Positions 1 through 12,305 of a DNA stretch of 41,479 nucleotides are shown one piece after another. The DNA comes from Nemertoderma westbladi (Eukaryota > Animalia > Xenacoelomorpha), in NCBI GenBank assembly GCA_032718475.1, contig JAUCBJ010005053.1:1-41479 (forward strand), given 5' to 3'. The position numbers and the translations under genes were made by a program. Numbering within the stretch: the stretch's first letter is position 1; every line of letters begins with the position of its first letter. The notes under the pieces were generated by a model. That model was not told the origin of the DNA, did not search any database, and saw only the letters and a list, made by a program, of their open reading frames with translations.

Positions 1-46
1 TTTATCATTTGCTCAGTATAATTAATTGTACAGTTATATTAATTAT

Positions 47-281
47 GTAGGTAGGTAGGTAGGTGAGCCCTAGAGCTCTTAAATTGACAAATAATAATAT
101 AAAATTGTATATGTGTTTAACATCCATAGATTGTATAAATTAATAAGTAATTAAACAGGACTAAGGATGATCCAACTCTATAGCAAATGGAGCAGAAAAA
201 ATAAATTCGCCACCAGCGGGGATTGAACCCGCGTCTCCCGATAAACGTTCAGGTATGCTAACCACTACACCTCCGTGGTGT
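47..281 (-). mobile_element. tRNA-derived SINE-like element
   Basis: Minus strand starts with a tRNA-like head (A box GGTGTAGTGGTTAGCA; T-arm/B box GCGGGTTCAATCCCCGC at ~208-280) and ends in a (CCTA)n tail at 47-67. The acceptor stem is imperfect. Confidence 0.55.
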
Positions 282-317
282 ATAACTAGTATAAGTATAA
301 CTCTATAAGTTATAAGT

Positions 318-550
318 ATAACTGTATAGTATAACTCCTTCGAGAATCTTTCCGAAAATGCAAATTGTGGATATTGGTCTATATGATCTAGATGAAAGTA
401 CTGGTCGATTCTTTCCTTTATAAATATTGGTTATTAGAGTATTCCCAAAGAGAACTGGGATATCTCCATATCTGAGACATACATTGAACATGTCAGCTAT
501 TAATGACGTGGCAACTTCTTCATGCCATTTGATGAGTGAAGGCGATGCTA
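318..550 (-). pseudogene. Fragment of non-LTR retrotransposon reverse transcriptase (RTE-X-like N-terminal RT region)
   Basis: ORF 303..491 reads MFNVCLRYGDIP..ITNIYKGK..SYRPISTICIFGKILE. The YRPIS/KxLE motifs are typical of LINE RT domains 0-1. Confidence 0.8.
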
Positions 551-830
551 TCAGACTGCTGTATTGTACTGTCTGACTTCGTCATACAGTAGACTTCGCT
601 TGATCGTATTTAAAACTCCGAAAACTAGTTTTCCCAAAAAATTTATTTTTATCTCAATTGTTATTATTTAAATTATTATGTCCCCATAATTTACTTATTA
701 TTCGCGCATAATTTCATAACTAGATGTTAGTAACTATAATTTGTAAGCATCTATGACGCAGTGAAAGCCCATCGTCCTCATTTCGTGGTCGCCGTCGCCC
801 TTCATGTCTCCGATTAGTAAATCCACCCCT

Positions 831-861
<31 letters not shown>

Positions 862-954
862 CTATATTCCCCACTACATCCTCCTCCTGTCATCTACCGT
901 TATAATTACATCTAAAATTACATTAATACCGAAATATTTACATTTCATCACCTG

Positions 955-1073
955 TTATAATTTGGCCGCACTAGCTCTGTAGAGCTATGGCCTAGTCTAA
1001 ACTGTGCTATGGTTTGTGCTTACGTGAGAAATGTAAAAATTGTAAATTAAATTGAATTGAAAAATTGAATTGA
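955..1073 (+). mobile_element. Possible 3' tail of an L2/CR1-type LINE or SINE
   Basis: Ends in AAATTGAATTGAAAAATTGAATTGA short-repeat tail after a GC-richer stretch. No coding evidence. Confidence 0.25.
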
Positions 1074-1124
1074 CTGTTGTACTTCATAAAAAATAAAAAT
1101 AAAAATTTTTAATATATTTATTAA

Positions 1125-1389
1125 TCTATACCTATAAAAATCAAATTCTCTCCCTCTCTCTGTGTTCGAACTCCTCCAAAACGGGCAGAGGGATTGCACT
1201 GGAACTTGGCATGTGTGTATAACTTTAACCCACGGTCGTTATAGGCCACTTTTCGAAAAGTTTAATTCACGTTCGGTACCTGTACTGGGTACCGGTACGT
1301 CAGTAGGCCTATACCGGTACCAGTACGCCAGTAGGCCTATGCCGGTAGCGAGAAATACTGGGTAACGTGCCTCGGGTTTGGCCTGCTAG
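1125..1389 (+). mobile_element. Non-autonomous mini-Helitron (265 bp)
   Basis: Starts TCTATACCTATAAAA and ends CTAG. Inserted between A(1124) and T(1390) with no TSD. Imperfect GC-rich subterminal hairpin near 1358-1378. Confidence 0.75.
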
Positions 1390-2775
1390 TAATGGATAAA
1401 TGTAGCGTATTGAGCGTGAATGTAGCGTGTAGCGTATCCCGGATCTTATTAATCACGATATCATACGAACAGGCATGATTCGCCAAATCAGCCTTCAGTA
1501 ACTCAACGAGTTAACAATCTCGAATCCATGGTCATAGAATTACGTAATAACCTCAACGCCCAAAGTATAAAAATACAACTCCTAGAGTCGCAGCTCAAAC
1601 ACCTGAAACAGCCATCCACTGCAACTGAACAAACAACTGCCATTCCGTGTCGGGATGGAAATACATCGCCACCGCAAACGGATACGAAAGTTGCATCTAA
1701 ACCGTCTGAAATTGATGAAACAGTAATTATAAACCAAATACAGTAGTGTATGACACAACGATGGACGAATCCGCTCTACCCCCCACGCAACCTTATACTG
1801 GAAACATCACGGTAGTAGAGAAAGAGGATACGAACCCGAAGACGAGTAACGAGAAGCTACTAGACCTCCCCTCCCCAACAACCTTCCATTTATCGTTTAT
1901 CGTTTATCGTTTGATCCTAACTGCATCATCAGTCCCAACGGAAACAACAAGTTACCACAACCAAATACATCGACGCCAAAATCACCTAAGTTTAACATTG
2001 TCAACAACCCCAAAAATAACCGTAATAACAGAGTTGCAACATTATTGTTTATGGATAGCAACAAAAGATTCATTGACACCAGGAAGATCGACCAAAACAT
2101 CAAGTTAATAACCGATTATACAACCGAAGACCTGATCGTAAAAGTTAAACATGCGACGGAGATATACCCAAACATTAAGCGAATCTACATACAGTCCGCA
2201 ACAAATGACCTCGATCACCCAGGAGGTCTGAGTATGATCATTACAAACACGTCCAAAGTGATTAAACTAGCCAAGGAACGCTGGATTAACGTGCGGTTAG
2301 TTGTATCGTCAGTTCTTCCGAGAAGGGATATGTCGGTGCTCACGGTAAACAACCGTATCCGCAGAATGTGCGAACATCAATCTGTCATTCTTGCGGATCA
2401 CAAACTGGTCACATGTGATATACGAAAATAAACATATAAAGGAGAAATTTATAAAGATAATCGGAGAAACTATTAAGATAAGTTTATTCGCACGAACACA
2501 GAGACTGAAACAGCAACCGAATAATCAAGTCGCACCAATAATACGCGGCAGAGCTATCCCTGGACAATGCGGGAGCACATACAGCCAGATCCTAAGAACA
2601 TCCCACCGCACAACCGGCCAGCGCCATACACTTCTTCCCACTCCACCGGCGATAAACAACGGCAACTAGCGTACACGATGTACACTCCTCGCGACCCCAC
2701 CACAAAACGAGCTAACTCTGCCACCAGTCGCAGGTGGAGTAACCAATATGGAAGATCCAATACCAGAGTGTTTAC

Positions 2776-4354
2776 TAGTGTTGAGAACTGAATCAATTTT
2801 AACTAATTTCAGTTACAGTTACAGTTTCAGTATTCAAAGTTTTGCATTTCAGTTACAGTTACAGTTTCAGTATTCAAAGTTTTGCATTTCAGTTACAGTT
2901 ACAGTTTCAGTATTCAAAGTTTTGCATTTCAGTTACAGTTACAGTTTCAGTATTACAAAGTGTAACATTTCAGTTACAGTTACAGTTTCAGTATTACAAA
3001 ATTGAGCATTTCAGTTTCAGTTATAGATTCAATATATATGATCTCTCGTAGTAAGCAGTCATTGAATTAATGTAGTCTCATCGGGGCGGGGTGCAGTGCA
3101 GTCACTCACCCAATGAGTCACTTGCCTAAAAAAATCAAACGAATCACTTGCCAAATAAAAAAAAGATATCTGAAACTATAAATGAGGCACTTTAATATAT
3201 TACTGTAATATACGCTAATATTAATGTTCATTACGAAACGTCCTCTTTCTAGAGCTAATAGGTAGTTGTTGTAGGAAAGTTGGACCCATGCTATGGTAAT
3301 ATTTTGTAACTAATATACTGACAGTATGTAATGAAAGTGGCACGTCACAATATCACACTAAAGGCACTCACATTTTACTGTACATGTTGTTTCAGTGCTT
3401 GTACAGTACTGTTATCATTTATTGTTTTGGTTATAAAAGCCATGCTTCTGAATCCTGCTCATTTTCCTTAATTCGTAATTTGTTTTAGTAATCATATATT
3501 TATTGTTTTGGTTAGACCCACCTCGATAAGCTGCTCCTTTCACTTTTAAGTTTAATTTTGTAATTTATAATGGTAAACTTGATCAAAATTTAATTTCCAG
3601 TGTGCCTCTAGTGTGATTGTGATATTAATAGTACCGGGTAACATTAATAATTCATAATGTAAAATATATATGCGTTAATATCCCTCTACCATTAGGCCTA
3701 ACTTTTCTTTGTTTATCTAAAACATTTACATTTAATATGAAGCAAAAGTGGTGATAAGGCTGATAATAGTCTAATAGTTGAGACAGATAAACATAGACTA
3801 TATGCTACTGTAGATCTTCGTTCACTACTTGACTCGCCAAATAAATCACATTTGAGCTACGTGGACAATAGGTCTTTTTGACCATTGACTTCTTTATTCC
3901 AACATATGGAGCTTAGTAAAAAAAGTAAAAAAAATAAAAAAATAAATAAAAAAAGACCTAGTTTACTAATAGGTCTTTTTTTATTGTGTAATATGATGGT
4001 TTTGTTCAGAAGTGAAAAAAATGAGATTGTTTTTTATAACAATGTTTTAAAAATGATAGCTATGGTAACCACTGTTATTCATTTATTAAACTATACTCTA
4101 TACTTTATTACAATACTGTTTTAAATGCTCATTCATGTTAATTGTGTGATTGAGAACTAAATCGGATTTTGTTAATTTCAGTTTCAGTTACAGTTACAGT
4201 ATTCAAAGTTCGTAATTACAGTTTCAGTTACAGTTACAGTATTCAAAATTCGCAATTACAGTTACAGTTATAGTTACAGTATCAAAAAAATCATCAAAAC
4301 CATTCAGTTACAGTTGCAGTTACAGTATAATTACAGTTACAGTTCTCAACACTA
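2776..4354. mobile_element. Non-autonomous hAT DNA transposon (1579 bp)
   Basis: Perfect 15-bp TIRs TAGTGTTGAGAACTG / CAGTTCTCAACACTA. Perfect 8-bp TSD GTGTTTAC at 2768-2775 and 4355-4362. No transposase ORF. Confidence 0.92.
2807..3020 (+). repeat. 40-bp subterminal tandem repeat (~5 copies) built of CAGTTA/CAGTTT hexamers
   Basis: Unit TTTCAGTTACAGTTACAGTTTCAGTATTCAAAGTTTTGCA. A related array occurs in the same orientation at ~4176-4345. Confidence 0.9.
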
Positions 4355-5252
4355 GTGTTTACCTTCCTGCAAGAAGGTGGTCATACTCGAGAAGGCCACT
4401 GACAAACAAGTGACCAGCCGAATCACAGCAATGATATCACTATTGCAGCTTCTACCATAAACGAAGCTCTATCGATAAACGCCATGATCAACAATATAAT
4501 AGCCACGTGAAAATACGGATTTTTAAATAGAATCTTTATCTTTCAAATTACTACCTAACGATAATTACAATAGTAATTTTTTAAAAACATATAATCAACT
4601 ATTACTACCTTTTATTATAATTTTAATTGCTGCTCAGCTCGTAAATATCTGCCCAGCGGTGTCTAAAATATATGCTTTGGCTCTCAGCTGCAATATAGTC
4701 GTGATAGCGTGCAATCTGCAACAACATAGAAAGATAGCATACCAGCTTTTTATTGATGATATAAATAACTTTTTAACACGCCCTTTATTTTTTGCTGTTA
4801 TTAGGATTCTGGGTTCGTCAAGTACAAGTACATTGTACTTGACTTTTTTAACAAACTGTACTTATTATATAGTTCAGCTATATTGGGTTGTGTTTATTTT
4901 TTCTGTAGTTTTGTTTATATATTGGTTACATTTACTAGTGCGTTAACTACTCTAATTAGGGCATACTTTGATCGGTCAATTATTTTATTGCTTTATTGTG
5001 CGTGCAGAGGTGAGGCCTTTGTTCGCGGTAGTTTGTGATTGGCGGAACGGGCGTCGGCGACTACACCACACCTATACTACCCAAGTTTATCACAATATTA
5101 GACTTATCAACATAACAATCTTTATCATTATAGTACACGTACAATATAATCTAACAAATATAATATACCATTTCCATAACAAATGCATAATTTTACTTAA
5201 ATATATACTATTATATAATAGGAAAAACAAAAATTACCTGCAGATTAATAAA

Positions 5253-8200
5253 ATGGATAGACATCTTAACCGAAAACGCAAATATCGCAAATCAAAACAA
5301 AAACAAATCCACTTTAATTTAACAATAATGACTGGCCACACACTTTTAATACTTATATCTATTTTAAATCAGCCTATAGTGTCACACGCAAGCCGAACAA
5401 AAATAACATCAAAACAAGACCTGCACTACAAACAAATACAATATAAAGTAACTAAATCTGAACTAACAAGGGGGTCACACGGCATACAGACACAGTCATG
5501 CCATCTAACAATAGCACTATTGCTATTCACAATAATACCCTATTTGATATGCAATAATTATATAATCATTAAACATACAACTAAAAAATATCACATTTAT
5601 TCGCGATTAATTATTAAAATAATCACACTGACCTGCTCTTTCTGGCCGGGACATCTCATTATTGAGACAAATAATAATCACACTAAGCCACCTTCCAATA
5701 AAAAGATTTTAGTACTTTATAGAAATAAGTCATTGGCCATTAGACTAACTTTCATTATAACCATACGCTGTTTTTACATTTACATAACATCAGGAATTGA
5801 TCTACTTATAATAATAGCACTCACATTAGCAGGTTTATTATATAGAGCTGGTGACATTTCAAAAAATCCTGGACCAAAGACAAATAAAAACAATTTAATT
5901 AATATTCGAGAATACTTAATAAACAACCCAAATGAATTGAAATTCTTACACATAAATATACATAGTCTCGTAAAAGATTTTTCAATGCTCAAAGACGTCA
6001 TTTCTGCTATTAACAATAACGTAATTATTGGTATATCAGAATCGTGGCTGAAACAAAAAATATCGTCGAAATCAATACAACTACCAGGATTCAAAGTATA
6101 TCACCATGACCGTAAACGACGAAAAGGAGGGGGTGTAGTATTATATGTGCCAAATAATTTACACCAACAATTAAGGACAGATATTAAACCAATAGGTGAT
6201 GTGGCGCACGAATCAATATGGGTCGAGGTAGAACGTCGTTACATCATAGGGGTAGCATATAACCACTCATCTAATGTAGCACCACAATTCCTTAAAAACT
6301 TTAGTACTGAGATCGAAAATTCCACCCGCGAAAATAAAACCATAATCGTAAGGGGAGACCTAAATATCGACCTACTAAATGGTAAGACAACAAATAATAC
6401 TGATCTGGAAAAATTAGTCGCCCTATACAACTTGCATATACCTGATAAATCAAAACCAATCCGATACAGTAAAACAATTGACACACTTCTAGATATAATC
6501 ATAGCAAGTCCCGGCTGTCTTCATGATCACAATGTAGCCTACTGTGACTTTTCTGACCATGAATTCGTCATAGCAAAAACATTACAAAAAGTAAATAGCA
6601 GTAATAACAAATCAAGTACATGGGTGTATGAGAGGGACTATAGCAAATTCAATAAAGATCATTTCATTAGGGTCATAAATAATGCAAATTGGAAAGGGGT
6701 CTATACAGATGATGACATAAATATAAATTATGATTATTTTGAAAATGAAATAGAACAAATATTAAATAAGCACGCACCAATAAAAAGGAAATTAATCCGT
6801 AGAAATAGTAATATAAACAAAAACAATCCTTGGTGGAATGACGACCTAAAGCGACTCTCTGAAATAAAAAATTTTGCTCTAATTAAATGGCGCCAATCAA
6901 AAAGTGAAGTAGACTACAATCTTTTCAAAAAAGTACGAAACTCGTTTAACTCATCAAATAGTAAAGCTAAAAATAACTACATAAAAAATAAATTTCAATC
7001 AGCTGAAAATCCTCGAACCAAATAGAAAATAATAAATTCCATCCTAAATAAAACAGTTAAAATTTGCACTATAAAAGAGCTTATAGATAAAAAGGGAACT
7101 CTAATCAAATCAATTGAAAGAATACCCGATTGCTCAATTCAACATATATAGCGATGGGCGAATTTACAGGAATATCGCAAACAGTAAATAAACTTAACAA
7201 ATTCCATATATCACCGGACGTGGAAGGTCAGCCCTGCTTTAGTTTTCATAATACAGATGAACTAACGGTGTATGAATACTTGTTAAAAATTAATATCAAT
7301 AAATCTACAGGCCCATCAACATTACATCCAAGAATTATCAAACTAATTGCACCACAAATAGCTCGACCACTGGCATACCTAATTAATAAATCAATCACTC
7401 ATTCAATTTTTCCCAATAAATGAATGTTCACCGAGATAACTCCAGTTTATAAAAAAGGCCCACAAGACGACCCTGAAAATTATAGGCCAATTGCAGTAAC
7501 AACCACACTAGAAAAAGTATTTGAAAAAATAATTTATCAACATTAATTAATTATTTAGATAGAAATAAGCTAATAAACACCACCCAATTTGGGTTTCGTA
7601 AACTCCACTCAACTAGAGATGCACTAATATTCGCCACGGAGTCGAGGAGACAAAGTCTAAATAATGGCAATTATGTAGCTATAGCAGCCCTTGATCTTAG
7701 TAAGGCATTTAATTCACTAAACCACGATATACTGCTAAACAAACTATCAGATCTTGGTTTCCATACAACAGCTACTAAACTAATAGGTAGTTTTTTATAC
7801 CCAAGATACCAAAGAGTTAAAACCAACGGCATTAAATCAACATGGCAAACTTCAGTAAGAGGAATCCCACAAGGGACTCTACTCGGCCCACTGTTATTTT
7901 TAGCGTATGTAAATAAACTAAGCAATAAATCAGACTTAGGAATAGTTCAATATGCAGATGACACCTTGCTATATTGCACCAGTGAAAATCCAAACATAGC
8001 AACAGAATTATTAGCCAATAAAATAAAAACTCTTAACCTGAAATTTAATGATCTTCACTTACAGCTTAACAATAAAAAAACAGAATTTATGTTAATATCA
8101 CCAAAACCACGTTCAGATACAATTGACAAAATAAACATGCTTCTGCCAAATAACAAAAGGATACTTACAATCTCGCAATCACAATCGATAAAATATCTAG

Positions 8201-8832
8201 GTGTATACATAGACAATACAATGGAATGGCGTGAGCACATAAAGGATATTTCAAATAAAATGACTCATGCAATATCAGGTCTCCGTCAAATAAGGGGACA
8301 ACTGACAAAGCAGTGCAAATCATATTTATACAAAACACTAGTATTACCACACCATAACTATTGCTGCGAAATTTTAACATCACTCCATAATATTCATGGT
8401 TTCAAAGAACAACTATATTCTCTAGAAAAAATACAAAATTATGGTCTGCGGGTAGTATATAGCAAAAAAATACAGGACTTAACAGGAACAGAGTTACGGT
8501 CACAATCAAAGTTGCCTACACTAAAGGCTCTAAGGGAACACTTTGCACTAAAATACTTCTACAGATATATATACAATTTATCAAAGCCATTTAACGACCT
8601 TACTCTACCATTTTTAAATAGACAGAACTCACCAGTCATAAATGCAAGAACGCACAAAATTAAAACACCGCTATCGAAAAATAACAAAGGATATAATAGC
8701 ATAATTTTAAGCATGATAAGACTATGGAACTCCCTAGATGATAATTTTCGTAGTATCACAAAATATAGCACATTTGAAAATACAATCAAAAAACACTATT
8801 ACTCCTTATATGAACGAGACGCAATTACTTAG
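5253..8832 (+). pseudogene. LINE ORF2: hydrophobic leader + 2A-like motif + APE endonuclease + reverse transcriptase, disabled
   Basis: APE motifs HINIHSL, GISESWL, GGGVVLYV, GDLNID, FSDH. RT motifs NYRPIA, QFGFR, ALDLSKAFN, GIPQGTLLGPLLF, QYADD, YLGVYID. In-frame stops at 7023-7025 and 7421-7423 and frameshifts near 7125 and 7545. Confidence 0.93.
5835..5876 (+). other. 2A-like (StopGo/ribosome-skipping) peptide motif LLYRAGDISKNPGP
   Basis: In frame, directly upstream of the APE domain. Resembles the 2A consensus D(V/I)ExNPGP but has S in place of E. Confidence 0.7.
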
Positions 8833-9091
8833 ATAAAAATAGATTAATGTAAAACACATTAGTTAGAAGTCAGTTATACAATTATAAAATTTATTTATTT
8901 ATTAAATTATCTTTAGGGGTATAGTAACTTGAGGTAATGTAGGGTCTGGTGCTTCAAAACTACTGTGGTTGCCGACGCTTAATCTTAGCCAATCATAAGC
9001 TACGGTGGGCCATTCCCTCCAGGCTTCCTCCGCAATTGTTTTCTCAATTGTTGAGTTTTGAGATTAAAAGATAGAATAATAATAATAATAA

Positions 9092-10704
9092 TTTATTTAA
9101 ACACAATAAATGCTCTAGAACTAGACTGGAAGCATCTGGTGATTTGCCATGCGCTAGAAATTCCAATGCCCATTCAACAGTTCTAGGAGAAATAATGGGT
9201 GGAATGGTTGTGGTACAGGTTTCTTGTATATTCGCTTTGAGTATGTTGAGCTCATCCTTGAGTTTGAGATCAGGATTGCTATTGTTTCTCATCTCTTCCT
9301 TAATAACGGGTTGAGCTTTTTCCGAAGCTATTAGCTTATCTTTGCTATTGAAGTAGTTCCAGAATCTCCGCGGGTTATTGTGCATTAGCCCAGCTTCCTT
9401 TTTGACTTTTGTGGCCAGTGCACTCTTTGCAAGAAAGTTTTTCAAGCGTCTAATTGATCGGCGAGATTCGTTATATGCAGGTTTGTATATACTAGACTCA
9501 TTCTTGTTATCATTGCTCCATAAGTCATATAGTTGACTGCAGGTTCTGATACGGCTCTTTAGTTTCGGAGATGCTCTGATGCGAAGATTCTTGGTATGTT
9601 GTCGAGTTGCAGTTCGTTTAGGTAAGTGATGGGCAGCCGCTTCATAAATGGATTTCTCAATATCTGATGCAAACAATGTAACATCTGCAATTGTCCATTG
9701 TGATAATTGACTAGGTTGCACATTATAGGTTACTTTCAGTCGTCTAACAACTTCTTCCTGATATTGAGTTAGCATGATCGAATTTACCTTTTCCCATGCA
9801 ATATGTGGTTTGACTCTAAGTGTCCTAGGTTGAGTGGTATGCTTAACTATTGTATGGTTTGTTTTACAATGAGAATCTAATAGGCATGACGATGTAGCAT
9901 GTACAGGTTCATTATCAAGATGGAAATGAGCAACCACTGGTACATGATCTGAATATAGTTGGAAGTCATGCTCAAATACTTTCCCTTTTGTTACACAATT
10001 GAGCATATGTTGATTGGTGATAATGTGATCTATGTATGAGAAACAATTACCACGAAATGTAATACAAGGTCCGGAAAATGGAGAGTAGGTATCAATTGCT
10101 ACCAGCTCAGATTCTTTGAGGTAATTATGAAGTCCTCTTTTGCTTATTTTGAGTTTCCATTTCCTAGGACCTTGTAGGTTACCTAAGTCTGTGTTGTGTC
10201 AGCTAGGATTACGGGTGATGAATCGCTATGTACCTAGAGAATAGTACTGAGCCGCCCAACGTGGTCATTGTAGAGTGTGGAGTCTTTGGATGTGTCCGGG
10301 AAGTAGCAGCATGCCACTACAAGTGGCTGTTGGTATTTACAATAATTAGCACGGATTCCAACTATATCATCCTTAGAGTCAAACCGAGTTGTGTTGTTGA
10401 AAGCTGAAGTCCTATAGAACAATACTACTCTGCTATGTATTATAGTAGATGAGTTATTTATAGTAGTGAAGACACAATCAAAGTCGTCATGTAGCCCCAA
10501 CAGTAATTCCTTAGCTTCAAGCTTGTCTAACCAATGTTCCTATAGCGCGAGGACGTCCAACTGGCTGAGAAGATCTTTAACAGCATCGCTGCTTGAAGTG
10601 AAACCATGACAGTTAAAAGTTCCTAAATGTAAATCCCGTATCGATTCATCACAAGCTTGTAAAGTTATTGTGTTAGGGGCTACATTATCATTGATGTTAA
10701 ACAT
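9092..10704 (-). pseudogene. LINE ORF2 N-terminal part (APE endonuclease to start of RT), disabled
   Basis: Motifs GTFNCHGF, LAL*EHWL, CYFP, YIDHII, YSDHVPV, NPRRFW and GKSPDASSLVLEHL, with stops and frameshifts. Confidence 0.85.
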
Positions 10705-11122
10705 ACTGCCTCATATTTGGATGGAATGTCTCGAATGGTAACTCGGATAAATCTGCTTTGTTATATCATCAAATTTGTTATCTCCAGACCTTCCCGTGGA
10801 GTAGTTAATCAATTCGTGACATTCTGTACCAGTTGGCCAGAAGGAATGATTAAGCAGTGTAGTGCAGTTTCCGCGGTCAATGGTTACTCTCATACATATA
10901 TTGTTGTTGTCAGACATAACATGAGATATTCTGTGATGTGAACAGGGATACGCCTGTCTTGAAGATAATCCTTGATGCAGTGAGTCGAGTATTAACTTTA
11001 TTTACCTTTCCCTTTACAGTTAGATACGCATAGGGGTAGTCATGTCCTGAGAACTTATTTGGTGGTTGCTTGTAGACTGCATGATGATTGGAATGCAAAG
11101 AGGAAGTTGGCTTCTAATAAGC

Positions 11123-11173
11123 ACATAAATAAATAAATGAAATAAATATAATAACTAAACTAAATAAATAAGC
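11123..11173 (+). mobile_element. Tiny A-rich insertion (probable extreme 5'-truncated retrocopy tail) with AATAAGC duplication
   Basis: AATAAGC at 11116-11122 and 11167-11173 flanks an (AAAT)n-rich stretch. Removing it gives an open minus frame MKDLNLDIYELIRSQLPL. Confidence 0.5.
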
Positions 11174-11809
11174 TCGTAAATGTCTAGGTTCAGATCTTTC
11201 ATGGAGTTTCTGGGTCTAAGCTCTAGTGTAGAGGATTGTGTTGGTTTCATTAATCCTTTGGCGCCAATAAAAAGATCGTCTCTTGTCTGGAGAAGAGTTT
11301 TATTTGATTCTGCTGATAGTCGTTTTAAGGCATTCTTTTTGTTTGCTGATAAAATATTGTTGATGTCGATTGTTAGTTTTGGGAAATTTACTTGGCTTGA
11401 TGCAGGTTATCTTTCATTACTGTTTCCTAACGTAGAAACGGAGCACTGACCAAAAACACGACATTCGCATTGCGACAAGGATTTGCAGGTTGAACAGGGA
11501 TACTGGGATGTTAACAGTTCTTTGTGATCAGGAAGTTTGTAGCACTTTACGTTATCTATGCTGTTTCGCACCCATTTTCTCGCTTCTTTACTGTCGTGAA
11601 TCACAGGTGATATGGTTGATTCTCCTCTGACAATTGCCATAGCATATGCTCATAGAAAGATACCACAATCATGGCTATTCTTTTGAATAGTGAACTTATG
11701 AGGAGAGGTAGTAGTTTTCCATTTTGTATTTGTAGAAGGAACTCCACAGAACCTATCAATTTCGTTAAGAATGTGAGCAATTTCTTCTGTGACATTGGAT
11801 GGATTGGAT

Positions 11810-12305
11810 GGGCGCTACTCCTATCTGCTACCCAAGGGTAGGAGCGGGCGCTACTCCTATCTGCTACCCGAAGGTAGGGGTGGGCGCTACTCCTATCTGC
11901 TACCCGAAGGTGGGGGTGGGCGCTACTCCTATCTGCTACCCAAGGGTAGGGGCGGGCGCTACTCCTATCTGCTATCCGAGGGTAGGGGTTGGCGCTACCC
12001 CTATCTGCTACCCGAAGGTAGAGGGTGGCGCTACTGCTATCTGCTACCCGAAGGTAGGGGTGGGCGCTACTCCTATCTGCTACCCGAAGGTAGGGGTGGG
12101 CACTACTCCTATCTGCTACCCGAAGGTAGGGGTGGGCGCTGCTCCTATCTGCTACCCGAAGGTAGGGGTGGGGGCTACTCCTATCTGCTACCCGAAGGTA
12201 GAGGTTGGCGCTACTGCTATCTGCTACCCGAAGGTAGGGGTGGGCGCTACTCCTATCTGCTACCCGAAGGTAGGGGTGGGTGCTACTCCTATCTGCTACC
12301 CGAAG
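11810..12305. repeat. 36-bp minisatellite (~14 copies) inside LINE ORF1
   Basis: Unit GGGCGCTACTCCTATCTGCTACCCGAAGGTAGGGGT. The only stop-free minus frame reads (LRVADRSSAHPY)n. Confidence 0.95.

Larger units (their letters stand above)
1528..4460 (+). pseudogene. LINE ORF1 (coiled coil + SGNH/GDSL esterase-like domain), frameshifted and interrupted by a hAT insertion
   Basis: Coiled coil IELRNNLNAQSIKIQLLESQLKHLK. SGNH-like blocks FMDSN, IYIQSATNDL, VVSSVLPRRD..VNNRIRRMC and YENKHI are spread over several frames. Sequence resumes after the 2776-4354 insertion. Confidence 0.7.
1440..9091 (+). mobile_element. Decayed CR1-group (CR1/L2/Crack-like) LINE with ORF1, ORF2, 3' UTR and (AAT)n tail
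   Basis: Esterase-type ORF1 fragments, APE-RT ORF2, and a 3' UTR ending in GAATAATAATAATAATAAT at ~9074-9092. The 5' boundary is approximate. That ORF1 and ORF2 belong to the same copy is inferred from their order and orientation. Confidence 0.75.

Noticed and set aside
208-280. Functional tRNA genes here, at 31965-32060 and at 37955-38028
   Set aside because: A/B boxes are present, but acceptor and anticodon stems do not pair properly and spacing is abnormal. They are TE-associated tRNA derivatives.
833-862. Long poly-C/poly-G tracts (also ~14430, 14795, 29320-29368, 32887, 38806)
   Set aside because: Mostly inside TE-like sequence. Homopolymer lengths are unreliable and there is no evidence of function.
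4968-5252. Extension of LINE ORF2 to the TTG start at 4968
   Set aside because: Non-ATG start in low-complexity AT-rich sequence across a compositional switch. The first ATG is at 5253.
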